From: Phoronis australis
Taxonomy: Eukaryota > Animalia > Phoronida
Length of the DNA: 64,000 nucleotides
Assembly (NCBI GenBank): GCA_002633005.1
Contig: NMRA01000296.1
Coordinates: 164,399 to 228,398 of the forward strand
Direction: 5' to 3'
Below, one piece after another: positions 41,101 through 56,100 of this stretch. Below the pieces are notes generated by a model. That model saw only the letters and a program-made list of their open reading frames with translations. It did not search any database and had not been told where the DNA came from. The translations under genes and the position numbers were made by a program. Position 1 is the first letter of the stretch. Each line of letters opens with the position of its first letter.

Positions 41101-44100
41101 TGAGGTTAAAAGTTATTGCTTTTTCTCAGTTTAGTCCTAAAAACTTTGAGAAATGTAAAAATTCTGTGAGGGTATGCTAGAAATCTTTTATTCATGTCGC
41201 TTTAGAAGCTCTGCAGTCTTGACAAATTAAAATTGCTTGCTTGTAATTGATTGTGTTCTTTACAAACTTGTATTTTTCATGAAGAGTAATGCAGAGTTTT
41301 TATTCTTGTTATACGTCATAGCTATTTCTGAGAAACCTGCTACAGAATGTATATGCAGGATATCTACAACTGATATTAATCTGCAAGTTATTCAGTGAAA
41401 TCAATAGACCTGGTGAAGTTTAGTGATCATAGTACAAGGGTAACAGACACCTGAAAAATAACTGTAAAAACCAAACTATAAAAATAACCTTTTAAACTTC
41501 TAAAATTAGTAGCCAAGGACATAAAATATATCTTAATAAGAATTCCTTGTTTTCATTGGTAACCTGGTTATTAAATGTGGTTTTATTCTTGTTAATGGCT
41601 GCATGGAGTGATGGACTTTTGTAAGATATTTGGATGTTATTATAATTTCAGAATGCTCCCAATCAGTTCTATGGCTCTGAGCTGGAGTGTTACTGTTACT
41701 ACAAGAGCTTGAGGGATTACAAACTGGTCGAGGACCGCACACACATACCCCCGTGGTGCCTTACTGTCGTGGCAACAGGTAGGCATGACAACCAGTCACA
41801 GCAGACATGTTGGAGTTGAAATGCCCTGTTTGAACTCAGGCCGTAGTGGTTTAAGCATGGTGGGATGACTGAGTCCTCCGTCTTGGATGTGCCCTTGTTC
41901 CCAAGACTATAGATGGACTTTTTCTCTGTACCTTGACAAAGCTCTGTGTTTTTGCTGAAACTGTTCCTGGTGTTAAACTTTGAAGGCTTTCTTGTAAAAG
42001 CAGACATTATCACTGATGAGGCCAGGATAACAATATCAAAAAATGAAGTTGAAACATAGAAAAATTTGAATTCTCGTGGACATGGTTTCAAATTTGATTC
42101 TAATTATTCTCTGTTTGGTATGCTCTTAGTTTAAAAAAGTATTTTGTGTTTCAATATTTGTAAAAGTATGCAATCATCCAAGTATTCATTTTTTGTGCTG
42201 ATATAGTACAAAATCCCTAATTGCACAAACTCACAAAATGTTGATTACATCAATTCTGCTATTTCCAGCTATTTTTGTGTTTTATTTAGTTTTATCAGCT
42301 ATACTGAACTGTATACTGAACTCAAAGTGTTTCCTTAAATGTTGCATGGATGGCTAGTTTTCTTATGAAGACTTCAGATGTTTTTTATTACAGTGACTTG
42401 TTTTGTACCGTGCTCTATCATTTATGAAGGAAGAAATTCAACAATTCGACCTAATTTTAATTATAGTTTTATAATTACTAGAAGTTGAATTGTGAATTCA
42501 GAATGCCACCCTAAGCATTTCTACTCAACTGGCATTTTAACTAAGTTTTTAGAAAATTGATTTATTTAAGACTGCTTCATCTCGCTCATATCCCACCTGA
42601 AGAACTTTAATAATCAATTAACAGCAGCTGTACATTTTGTGGCATAACAGGTCATACCTTCTACCCCAACAATGAGACGTTCTTGCCTCGGTTCAACTTG
42701 GATACCCAGAAGTTAGTGTTCCCAGCAGTAAACACACATGAGGCGGCTTACAGAACAATCACACTGTCCAACACTGGAACTACACCCATATTGTTTGACT
42801 TTGAAAAGGAGTCATCCAAGTAAGTGAACATGCCAGGCATTTTTGGTAGTTGTGTCATTACTATTAGTTGTCAGTTATTACTAATTGTGTCGAAAACCTT
42901 TAGCTCAGAGTAGAGCTATCAATCTATACACCTCATGCACATTTTTATTGTTGGTCATCGCATTTTTGTTTTCTTTTGGAAATTCTTTGTTTAAGTTCAC
43001 GTAGCAGTAGACCGGCATTTGATTGAAGTATTGTTGTCATGGCAATTTGAAATTGAGACATAGTTATGCAGATTATTAAGTAAAGTTGAGTAATTCTACT
43101 GCTGCTTGGTAAAGGTGTACTGTTTGTAGTTGTCACTGTTGTATACAGACAGAATGAAGCGCACTGTCTATAATGTGATGCTGTTTATGATGTGGTCAAT
43201 CAGCATTGGAAAATTATATCTAAACTTTGAAGCACCAGTCCTGTGTGTTTCAATCTGTTTAATTGTGTTGTTGTACAACCCAACTTTGACTTGTTCATTG
43301 ATACACAAACACATGAAAAAGTGGGGGTACATCTTCAGATAGTGTCTTACCTTATACAGCGGGAACAGCTTTAGTTACTAGTTAGGGGCAACAGTTTTGG
43401 GCAGTTCAAAGCCTTGATGTCCAGCAATGATTGCATGTATTGTAAAATTAATGTATTTTCTCATTTTTTCATATTTTGTTTCAGTTCATATTCAATGAAG
43501 CCTTCCAAAGGTCTGCTGCGGTCGGGACACAACGTGATTACCGTCAAGTTTCTACCTACTAAAACTGGCACCTTCAAGAACACTTTGAAACTTCACATGA
43601 ACGATGACCATCGGCATACAATGGTAATAGTTTAAGGAATTAGTTGAGTAGTTTTTGGACAGTAGTCGAGGACTGTTTCTTTCGAGGTGTATTCTGTAGA
43701 CCTAAAAATCTTGCCAAAACAAGATCATGCAAAGTCAAGTGAATGAAAGGCAAGTGTTTTGTGAATATGCCTGAGACCTTACTAGAGTAACCTAGCAAAG
43801 TGGCGGCCTCTGTAGTGGTCAGTCAGCGAAGTTTGAATGTTGAGTTATTGGATAGAATCACTGTTTTTGTTCCAAGATTTCTTGCTGCAAGTGCATGGCC
43901 AATGTCTTGGTTCTATGGAAGGCAGTGCATGGCCAATGTCTTGGTTCTATGGAAGGCAGTGCATGGCTAATGTCTTGGTTCTATGGAAGGCAGTGCATGG
44001 CTAATGTCTTGGTTCTATGGAAGGCAGTGCATGGCTAATGTCTTGGGTCTGTGGAACAAAGCGCTGGTTGGTTTACACAGCTGCTGTTTGGGAATGAGGC

Positions 44101-47100
44101 TTGATGTACTTGATTGTATGCATTCCCTGTTTAGAATTTTCTTGAATATTGACTTGCTAGACGGTGTGCGATTTTCTCTGGTTTCCTCCACCCAGTGTCT
44201 GCACTCACATAAAATTTGTTGCTTTTGGTAAATTTCTCGTGTTGTTAGTTTGGTTGCATGATGTTTCTCTGATTGCATATAATGGGTCATGTGTGCCTTG
44301 CAGACCTTCTGTCATCATGATAAACCATTTCTAGTTACTGATGTACTCCTTGTCTCCATTCTTAGGACATCCTGGCCTTTGGCTCAGCTGAGTGTGCTGA
44401 AGTCCTACTCAGCAACGACGGTGAACTGTTCTTCAAACCCACCTGTGTGAACACAGTAAGCTCCAGGAAGTACTCCGTCAAGAACATTGCAAGGATTCCA
44501 CTCAGGTCTGCCCTACCTTCTGCGTTACTTTGTGATATGTGTCATGGTTAAAACTCCATCTCTCACCTTTTTCGATATTTTGGTTAGAAAACTGCAGTCA
44601 CTTCACGTTGATTTTACATGTCTTTGATTCAACCTTTGTAGTCAAAAAAGAGGACAATATGCTACACCAGTGACATCTGCAGAGTGAATTAAAGTACAAG
44701 TGGTCCAATACGCACTGAATACTTTGCAGATATCGTACTGTGCCATAATCACTATTTTTGGCATTTTTCTTCGTTGTGAATTATGGCAAGTATGATTCCT
44801 GTTTTGAAAATTCAAAACGACAGAAGATCTCAATCCACAAGTGATTTTGGTCAGTTTCCTCTTCTAATAATCCCATGGGTATTTATTGACCAGGTTCCAG
44901 TGGGTTATACACAGTAAAGATGCTCCTCTGATCAGCGTGTCTCCGCAAGAGGGCCTTATTTACCCCAATGAGTCTCAGGTACGTTAAAACGAAAATTAAG
45001 AATAATTATTATTGATTAATGAAGCTTGATTTAGGTTTAAGAGGAGGCAGTGTGACTTAGTGTGATACTGGTGTCTGCTTCCTTTAGTCAAGGTCGTGGG
45101 TTCTAGTCCCGCTGGGGCACACCACTAAACCCTTGAGCCAAGTCTCTAACTCCTTAGCTTGGTTTTAACTGTATGGTAATAAAGCATAAAATGTTTCCAG
45201 GTGATCTGTGCAATGAACCCACCTGTGCTGCGTGCGCATGCCTGGTACAATGTGTACTAGATTGCCTGCAATTATTTTTATATTAGGGTTGTTGCCAGGC
45301 ACTTGATAAGATGTTGTGTATTATGAGGAAATATTTTATTGTTAGACACAAAGAAATTGGACATTGTCTGTGTTTTTACTTAGCATAGCCTACATTGTAA
45401 TATTAAGCACATGCAATATTTAGTAGAAAGTTCAAAATGAACACATCAACAACATCTCTTAAAAGCAGTCTGCTGAGTGCTCGAGAATCGTGATTCTGAT
45501 ATTAATTAAATTGATGGAAGAGACCGGGCTGTATGCATTAGAATCGTTTAGAATTCTGAGCAATATAATGAAGACACCTGATGTCCTGGAAGTTTTGTGA
45601 TGATCATATTTTTAAAGGCAAAAACTTCAGTATTTCTCCATCATTTAATGTTATAGCTGCACTGGACTAAATGAGAAAATCCCATTTTATAAAATTATGC
45701 CTTTCATCTTTGTTTAGCTTTATCCTGTACCTTTTGCTACATACTGACCCTTGACCTTTTGCAGGAGCACATGTGGTACTTCACACCGCAAGTTGAAGAA
45801 AAGCAGGTAATGAAGCCAGTGTTGAATGTGTGGGGTCAAGGACTGAGCAGCAAAACATCTGGTGGGAAACAGAGGCAGTTTGCTGTGCGCGCTGTTGGCG
45901 AGGGATCTGTTGGCACTGTCAAGGTGAGAGGTTGTGTTTGATACTGATACTCTTGTGTTTGATACTGATACCCTTGTGTTTGATACTGATACCCTTGTGT
46001 TTGATACTGATACCCTGTTCATACAGTGGTGGTACTGCTAGAGAAGTGTTCACTGTCAGCTTGTGTATGCTTAGTTAGGTCTTATATGTACTTGGTAATG
46101 TACACATGACTAGAGAGAAGGGTTCACTATCATTTTGTGTATACCATTGAGGTCATGATTTATGTACTTGGTAAATAAATATTGTACACATGACTGGACT
46201 CACTATCAGCTTGTGTAGGCTATAGTGAGGTGATCATATGTCACTTTGTAGTATACACATGGCGACTTTCTACTGAGACTTGCAAGGTACAGTTTGTGTC
46301 TATAATCTTTTGTTAGTCACCATATCATGTACCGTGACTGAAAATTTGTTATGAATGTCTTTGTCAGTTTGCATTTTTTCCAGTCAAAAGACTATTGTTT
46401 CTCAGTAAAAGGTTCTTGATCTTAAAGGTGCTATCAGTCAACTTTCTTTGCATGACTGTGTATTTTGCTTTTCTATAGCAATGACATCGCATGTACATGT
46501 TTGAGTAGACAAAATCTCTTGCCTTGCCAACTGGCTTTTCTGGCATTCACTGACGGTTATAGAGAACTAGCAAATATCATACAAGGATGTCGGAGCATGT
46601 TAGCAATAGATTACTGAAGCACAGGGATTTTAAACAAAAGTAGGTTCAATACTGACCTTGTTTCATTCTTTTCTTGCAGTGTGAGCAGTCATACTATGAT
46701 TGTGGAAATATCGTTGTGGGCAGCTCACAGACGTGTCGCATCACTATTTACAATGACACAAACTGTTCTGTCCACTACAAACTAACTGTAGTGCAGAAAC
46801 TCAATGGACCCTACACCGAGGAGCAGACGATGTATGACAAGTGTGGTAAGGAAATGGCAACATTATAAAACAATTTTGCGATAGTGTTAACCACAAAGTA
46901 ATGTTAACACTCATGCATTGCTTTTTAGAAAAACTGCTTGGGATATTATTTTGAGCAATAGCTGTTATAAAACAGGAAAGATCCTTAATTTGCAAAGAGC
47001 AGGTCTTTATATTTCGTGATTTATTATGTTTTTCTGCTGTTTAAATATTTGTAAAATCTTGAAATCTAGTTTGCTTGAATGTCTTCTTTAAACTTTTTTG

Positions 47101-50100
47101 CGACCAGTCAGATTTTGAGTGAGTACCATGATCATATTCTATTTAATTTAGGATTGGGTTATTTTATTTGACAATTTATTACCCATTGGAGACACATAAC
47201 AGTTTCTTGAAACTGACTTTTGTTTCTTACAGCGCTTGTGTTTGAGCAGCCTGATGGTATCCTCTCTGCCCGATCCAAGAAGGAATTAGTTGCGACAGTG
47301 TACCCTGCGAGGAGGGTGTACTACCAGTTTACCACCTACTTCCAACTGCTTCAACTTGATAGTAAGCGACAGATTTAATGCAATGTGTTTAAAAATAAAA
47401 TGAGCTCTGCTTTTGGCAGGTGTAATTGGCCAATTTTAAAGTAAGATAAAATAAGAATGAAGGTGCAGTTTAAACTAAAAATAACACCTACCAGCTCCAG
47501 TCCAACCACAGTATAACAACTGAATTGTTTGCCTTATTTCTGGACTTTATTTTTTGATGCTATTGCAAAATTAAACGAAAACAATCTACGCTCGTCAATG
47601 TGTGAAACTGTATGTCCCAAGGTAATATTCATATTTCTGAAGCAGTACTCTACAACTTTAAATAGATTAGAACTATGCTCATTTGGGCACAATACTTCAT
47701 ATTCAACATTAGGTGTCAATATTGAATAGACGAGTAAACACAATTGATCAAATAGGTAATATGCAGGTAGCTGAACCCATCTCACTGGGGTGTAAGTTGC
47801 TACACCTGATGCTACATTGCTTACCCAGGTGTGTGATCTGTTGTGTGACCATTACTGGCTGTGAAATTTGTGCATTCGTACCAGTTTGCAACTTCAACAA
47901 TGAGGTCATCAAATAAAAACAGAGTGTTTTACTCCGTGATAGTATTGTCATAAAAATAATTCTAGACTTTACATTGAGTCTTTATTTCAGGCAATTCTCC
48001 CTTAACCCCTGAGCCACAACATCTGTGTCACATCCTGTGTAGTGGTGTGTATCCAACCATAGCTGTGACGGATGCACGTTGCTATGGTAGCGCCGCTGGA
48101 GTTAGCAAGAAGCAACTGTGGAGTCTGTTCTCCTGTGATAAGTAAGTGATTTACCGATGATTGTCATTTGGCTGTTACATTCAAAGATGCAGTCATGTTG
48201 AGTTTTATGAAAAAAGATGATGTATGATATCCAAGACTTTTGGGACAAAACAAGAAAATTGTTCGGAACTTTGTTTTCAATAGATAAAATTGGTGGTTAT
48301 TAGTCCATCAAATTTGATAAGCTTGACGTGTGCTTTTTATGTCAAAGTCTGTCAATTTTTTCCAGTTTGAATGTTTGTCTGGACTCCGACCCTTCAGCTG
48401 CAGAACTTATGTACACAATGGCCACTAGGCACAGGTATGCTACAAAACTGTTTTGCTTTCAATTGTTTTATTATTATTTACATGCATAGATCATAATTGT
48501 TTTAATTTTCTTTCATACGTTCACTCATTGCCTGCACAGAAAAATTTCTCGCGATGCTGAAAAAATATATTTTCTGATTTTAAATTCACAACATCCTGAA
48601 ACCTTCTGGTTCCATAACTTGTTTTTTAGTAGTATGGAGCGTATTTACAACAACTTACTACTAACTAAAAATTATGCTGGACTTGGGCAGAAACTCTTGC
48701 TTAAATGAGAAATTTGCCTTCTAGTCACCGCCGGCGCCCTCCAGTGTACACACGAGCCATCCTGGACTTCAACTTCAGCGCGGCGCCTGTGGACAGCGAA
48801 CCGTGTGTCATTCTATTGATGTTTGAAAACACTGGGACTGTACCAACTGAATGGTAGGTATGGGGGATCTACAGAAATATGGCATGTTAGTAACCAGTGT
48901 GTAACATGTATGTGGGGACCAAAGTTTTACAAGCCACATGCCTAGTACAGACTGCCATAATCATGTTGTCAACAATGAGCTTTATTTATTTCATTGGTTG
49001 TCAAAGCCATATCTCAGCTACGTCCTGTTGTTGAGATCGCTCACAACCAATTGCTTGATGGATAAGTACCGTAACATTACAATACAATGTGTAGACGGAA
49101 TGTTCCTGATGGTACACTCTTCATCAGCAGCTTAGGATGAAATGCTGCAGAGTGGGGAAGTAATGTAGGCCTCTTCTAGTGTGTGTAGCTTTTACTTTAC
49201 ACTGCTGATGAAGAGTGCCCCACTCAGAATGTTTTTGATATATCTGTATTGTCTATATTCATCTTTGCAATCCATTTTATTCCTATGTTTTAGCCGGTAT
49301 AATGGCACTTAACTGCTCACAACTTTATCATGAGAAATATCTTGTTCGCTCGCTAGGTTATTAGTCTGATTTCCTGAAAAAATCACTGATTGGAAGACTC
49401 TACCGATCACCAGTGCGATAACAAAGGATCCCCAAGGCTCTTGGATTGGTCTTTATCTTGTGACCTTAGCATGATTGCTGGTCTATCACAAAAGACACCT
49501 GGTTATTTTGATGGAAATTATAAGTTTATTGCTTGAGCAGCAGTTAGTATGTATAGCACACTGTCTATTTGACTGTCTTGATCGTTCGATGAGGAATGAG
49601 TGATTTGTGTTTGCGTACAGGGCGTTCCTGTTTCCACGTGATCTACAGCTGGAACTAGAGTACTGGGCAGAGACAGGAGAGTATGATGACGATGAACTGC
49701 ATGAAATGAAGGTCATGGACAACAAGCTGTTCTCAGTTGAGCCCAATAGAGGGAGCCTGCAGCCGGGCGAGTGTCAGACAATTAAGTTTCAGTACAATCA
49801 CTGTATGGCCGGCACAGACAGGCTGCCAGTACTGTTGAAGTTGAACAGAGGACGAGAGATATTGGTGAGTGAGCCAGTCTGTCAGTAANNNNNNNNNNNN
49901 NNNNNNNNNNNNNNNNNNNNNNNNNNNNNNNNNNNNNNNNNNNNNNNGTGTGCTTTTTATGTCAAAGTCTGTCAATTTTTTCCAGTTTGAATGTTTGTCT
50001 GGACTCCGACCCTTCAGCTGCAGAACTTATGTACACAATGGCCACTAGGCACAGGTATGCTACAAAACTGTTTTGCTTTCAATTGTTTTATTATTATTTA

Positions 50101-53100
50101 CATGCATAGATCATAATTGTTTTAATTTTCTTTCATACGTTCACTCATTGCCTGGACAGAAAAATTTCTCGCGATGCTGAAAAAATATATTTTGTGATTT
50201 TGAATTCAAAACATTCTGAAACTTTCTGGCTCCATAACTTGTTTTTTAGAAGTATGGATTGTATTTACATCAACTTACTACTAACTAAAAATTATGCTGG
50301 ACTTGGGCAGAAACTCTTGCTTAAATGAGAAATTTGCCTTCTAGTCACCGCCGGCGCCCTCCAGTGTACACACGAGCCATCCTGGATTTCAACTTCAGTG
50401 CGGCGCCTGTGGACAGCGAACCGTGTGTCATTCTATTGATGTTTGAAAACACTGGGACTGTACCAACTGAATGGTAGGTATGGGGGGTCTACAGAAATAT
50501 GACTTGTTTGTGGGGATCAAAATTTTACAAGCCACATGCCTAGTACAGACTGCCATAATCATGTTGTCATCAATGAGCTTTATTTATTTCATTGGTTGTC
50601 AAAGCCATATCTCAGCTACGTCCTGTTGTTGAGATCGCTCACAACCAGTTGCTTGATGGAGGAGTACAGTAACATTACAATAAAATGCATACTAGACTGA
50701 ATGTTCCTGGCGGTACACTCTTCATCAGCACCTTAGGATGAATTGCTGCAGAGTGGGGGAAGTAATTTAGGCCTCTTCCAGTGTGTAGCTTTTACTTTAC
50801 ACTGCTGACAAAGAGTGCCCCACTCAGAATGGTTTTGGTATATCTGTACTGTATATATTCATCTTTGTAATCCATTTTATTCCTATGTTTTAGCCGGTAA
50901 TGGCACTTAACTGTTCACAACTTTATTATGAGAAATATGTTCTTCGCTCGCTAGGTTAGTCATTGCCTGAAAAAATCATTGATTGGAAGACTCTACCCAC
51001 CAGTGCGATAACAAAGAATCCCCAGGGGTCTTGGATTGGTCTTTATCTTGTGACCTTAGCATGATTGTTGGTGTATTGCAAAAGACACCTGTTTATTTTG
51101 ATGGAAATTATAAGTTTATTGCTTGAGCAGCGGTTAGTATGTATAGCACACTGTCTATTTGACTGTCTTGATCGTGCGATGAGGAATGAGTGATTTGTGT
51201 TTGCGTACAGGGCGTTCCTGTTTCCACGTGATCTACAACTGGAACTGGAGTACTGGGCGGAGACAGGAGAGTATGACGACGACGAACTGCATGAAATGAA
51301 GGTCATGGACAACAAGCTGTTCTCAGTTGAACCCAATAGAGGGAGCCTGCAGCCGGGCGAGTGTCAGACAATTAAGTTTCAGTACAATCACTGTATGGCC
51401 GGCACAGACAGGCTGCCAGTACTGTTGAAGTTGAACAGAGGACGAGAGATATTGGTGAGTGAGCCAGTCTGTCAGTAACTAGATCTCCAGTGTTACTGTA
51501 TGGGGTTAGTGTTCATGCAGGCTACATTGGTTTTGTCTTCTGTGCAACTTACGAGTCATTGTTTCTCCATGGAAACACCTGGTATATACCTTCCCAGCAT
51601 TCACCACTTCCTTTATTAAATGCCATATTAATCCAGAAACCAATTCGCAAGTCTAATTTTGTTTAAATTGTACCACCAATAACTCGAGTCCACATTCAAA
51701 ATGTTGTTGATTATTTTTTACTTTTATATGTTTCTAGCTCAACTTCATCGGTGTGACCGTGGACCCTGAGAGACCATACATTCATTTCCCTAGCACACGT
51801 CACATGTTTGCACCCGTCCCCATCGGTGAGAAAAACAGCCCCCGTCAAGTCTATGAGCTTTACAATGGTGGTTCAAAGCCGGTGCACTACGAGATTGATA
51901 CGCTGCAACTGGAGTTTATAAAACAAGAGAACTTCAATCATGCCATTTTTGAATGCTTGAATCCTGTGGGAGAAGTACTGCCTGGTAAAACAGCCAATGT
52001 TGAGTGGAGGTTTTCTCCCCTGGAGGCCAAAACCTACATGGTGAGTAGAAAGGAATATAATACACCCATGTTGTTGTTGAGTGTGTAATTATCTTTCGCA
52101 TTTTGATGCTGTCACTTCTTAGATTGTTTGCAACTTAGCCACAAACATTCTTGCACAAACTGTAGCTTCAAAAGAAAAGTTAACAAAATCTCGAGCTATG
52201 TTTCATATGATTGAGTGCTACTTTTGTTTTGGTTTCTTTCTGGTTTTTGCTATAACTTAACGAAGCCAGGCAAATTTTGGGATAAGTCATCAACTTTTTG
52301 AAAACTACTGTATTAGTATTTCTTCTTTTTATAGTTCTTGGTATTGAAATTTCATTTTCTTTGAAAGTAAAATAGTATATTATCCTGCTACACACTATCT
52401 GACCCCTCATCTGTTGAGATGAGTCACCTTCATGTCTGTATACCTTGTATTTTGTGTTTATTTTTTGACTAAAATATTAATATGCTTAAAAAAGTTAATG
52501 TTTATTCACACTAGGCTGATGTGCCCATACATATCCACAATGGTGACACTGCTCTGATCACATTTACCGGAGTCGGCTTTGACAAGCGGGCTTTGGGTGA
52601 CACGATGCCCCTTACAGACCAACATGACCTTACTGGCGTACCTGGTGTTCAAAGCGTACCTGTGCCTGGACAGGTGAGTTAGTGTGGTTTTGTCACATAA
52701 TTAATGGATTATTCATTTGTTGTCATAATAATTATCCCTTTGTGTTCCTGGATAATTATTTAAATTAAATTATTTAGTGCCTGAAAGTTTTTATTTGATG
52801 CCAGTTTGTTTTTGTGATTGGCGTTTTGCGTGACCATAATAAAATTTTCAACATTTAAAATAAAATTAAAATAATGGAACTTTGAGTTTTTACTAGTCCA
52901 TGACAATTGAAGTGGCGTCCGAAGATAAATGACGCTAATCTTATTTAGTGAAGAATGCAAAAATCATTGTTAAAGTTTAGGTATACCATTTGATCCGTAA
53001 AGCTCAGTGAATTACTGCTGATTAAGAAGTTATAGTTATAGTTAAATCAATATTTATTTTCTTTTTATTATGTATGAATGCTTTTAGTTAATGTATTTCT

Positions 53101-56100
53101 TAGAGCCAGCCACAATTTTTCAGTTTCTTTTTCCAAATGATCGTGATTTTCCTAGTGTGTTAATAATTGCTGTTCAGTGATTTATTTCCATTGTGGTTGT
53201 ATGTATTTCAAATTGTAGCTGTTACGGTCTCATCCAAAAACTCCGAGCTTTGTAGTATAATATTTAAATTATGAATTTATTTCCAGCTGATTTACCTGTC
53301 GCAAGAGAGACTGTCATTTGGTAACCTGCCACTATTCACGCGCTCACGCCGCATGATCTCTGTAGCCAATAAATCCATGGACCGGGTCATGTCCTTTGAG
53401 TGGCACGTTACTTCTCAGGCTGACAGCAAGGTTTGTCACACGCATTTGTTAACTCAATGTTCAAATGATTTGAATTTTCTAAAATTTGAATGCTTCATAT
53501 TCATTGTTTTTTCTCTCCTGATATTTTGCACTACTTTAATTAATAAATCTTATTCAATTCAGAAATGCTATGTGCTTGAGTTTTTGACAAACTTTAATCC
53601 GAATTAAAATGAGCCCTTCTGTGATGAGATGCCTTGGATCTGTAGATACACTAAATGTAAGTTTCATGGGAATGTTTCATGAAAAGTGACTTTTAAGTCA
53701 CTTATAAGTATTAAAAGACTTTTAAGTGGAAGCGCTTCCACTTCACAATTAATGAATAAAAGTTTAATTTGTTAAGTAAGTATGAGTATATCACAGTCTG
53801 GAAGTAATTTATAGAAATTAAGTTAATGTGTATATTTGCAGAGACCTTGCACTTTTGCTCAAGTCATATTTACATATTTTTCAATAGTTGTGGTTGATGA
53901 AAACTGCTTTTACATCCACTGGTGTGCCCAGGTATTTCACTAGCTTTCCCCAGTGCTGCAAAACCATTTACGCAAGTCTCTGTTTGTTTTCCAGTACGTC
54001 AACATACAACCAACCAGTGGTGTGCTTCAACCCGATGAAGCCATTGTGTGCAAGGTCACATTCATTGCATTTGGATTCCCGTCTTTTTATGACTTGGATC
54101 TCTTGTGTGAGGTATTGCCTTGCGTCTCTTTGTGTTCCTATGTTTGTGCTTACTGTTGCATTCGTTTGTTAAACCTTTTTGTCTGATTTTCATGGAGAAA
54201 GTATAAGAAAAGAGAGGGTGGAAGACTATAATGTGAACAGTACTGTTGAATATTAAAAGCAAATCTGAATATTTGTATCTTCATTAATATCAGTTTTGTT
54301 GCACAATATTCAACGGGTCCTAGCTTTTTTGTGATTGGCTACTATGTTCCAACTTAAGACCGATATTCTAGAAAAAGCCATCTTCAGGTTTTTTATTCTG
54401 AATAAATCCTTGTTTTGGATTCTAGTTTTGTTCAAGTAACCAAGGAAACATTTTTGTTTGAATTTTGCTTGATACTATGCTGCTTGATAAAGGCACCTTC
54501 TCACTTTCCTAATAAAATATTCTTTTGTTCAAAAGGATTTTTAAGATAAGAATCAACATTACATTGCATGCAATAACTGAATGGTATTCAACATTATCAT
54601 CGAGGAATTACTGCCGAAACTCTTGACTAACAGATGTTCATAGCTACTTGTACAGTTCGATGTTCTAACAGAAAGTCATGTGTTACAATCGTTTATTACT
54701 AGGCAACAGATGAGACAGAAATGGCCACATATCGGAAGAAACTGTGTGAATGGGAAGATGAGCTCTATCGACAGAAGCATGAGTTCACGATAACCGAAGA
54801 CGATATGAACGCTGAAAAAAGGATTCTGGACTATGATGAGCCTAGCAGGCCATCGACAGGTTCTCAATATCCTCTTGTGGAACCAAGCCCAAGGCCAAGT
54901 TCCACTGACTCGCTCAGTAAATACAAGGTGAATTCTCTTTGTTCTTCAATATGGAGATATTTTTCAATTCAGGAACCAGTGAATGAGAAAATGCATCATC
55001 ATGTCAAATACTCCTACATAATTATCTGCTGTGCTTACCAAATATTATAATACAAAACCAATACATCATTCAGTGAGTATGCATTTACCAATCTCAGGTG
55101 CGTATTGAAAAATTTCGATAGCTTTTCTTTTACGATTGCAGACGTTGCCACCTATTAAAACAAAGTCGGCTGACATTGAACGAAGTCTGAAGAAGTATGC
55201 TGAGAAATTCAACAAGGAATTCTGGGCCAAGCCAGAACCACCCACACCCTTCCTTGTGCATCTGGGCGTGACAGCTCGCACTCACAACGTGTTAGAATAT
55301 CAGATGAACTTCCCTGAAGAGTACATTGAATGCTTTGTAGACAGGTAAGTACTGGATAATATAAAGACTATGATCGCTGTTATGTTGATCTTTTTCATTG
55401 GAGTCTATGATGTCTTTAATGAGCTGCTTTGCCCGACTGTCTGTTCTTACATTGTCATATGGACTGGTGGCGGCCATGATGGCTGTAAGATGGCAGTGGC
55501 AGATCTATGATTTTAATTAGTCTCGTTATGAGAATAGAAGGTCATTTATCGGGAGGGTTTTGTCCTCCTTAACCCCCACGTTTACTCTCAGCATGTTGCC
55601 AGTGTTAAGCAATTGTTTTGACCTCTCATGATGGTCAAACGTAATTCAAAATTTCAGACAGCTCATCCTCTACAGTACTTTTAGTGTTGACATCTATCGC
55701 TTGCTTTGTTTTGTATTTATTCTGTTATTTCAGCTATTCGCAAAGGTTCATTTTGTGTGTGATACTTAACACTTCAGGTTTTACATTAATTATGACATCA
55801 ATAGTCTTTTTTATTTACTTTGTTATTGAAATGTTGTACTGTAATAATGGTTGTTATAGCTTATGTCTTGATGCGGTTATTCACATGCAATAACTCTCAT
55901 GACATTACTTGAGAAATAACCTCAGACAACTGGCAGAGCCTCAATTGTCTATTATTCAAAGGGAAATTATATTATGAACAAGACTTTAGTTTTCTCTTGA
56001 ATATGTGGTATTAATGTGTTAAACTGTACGTGTAAACACCCATCCTAGTCATGAAGTTTATCATTGACTCCCTTTGTTGAATTTACACGTTAATGACTTG

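Noticed and set aside
49948-51478. Genuine internal exon-block duplication or CFAP65 paralogue
   Set aside because: Its boundary coincides with an assembly gap, the proteins are identical and tandem inclusion is out of frame; allelic overlap is simpler.
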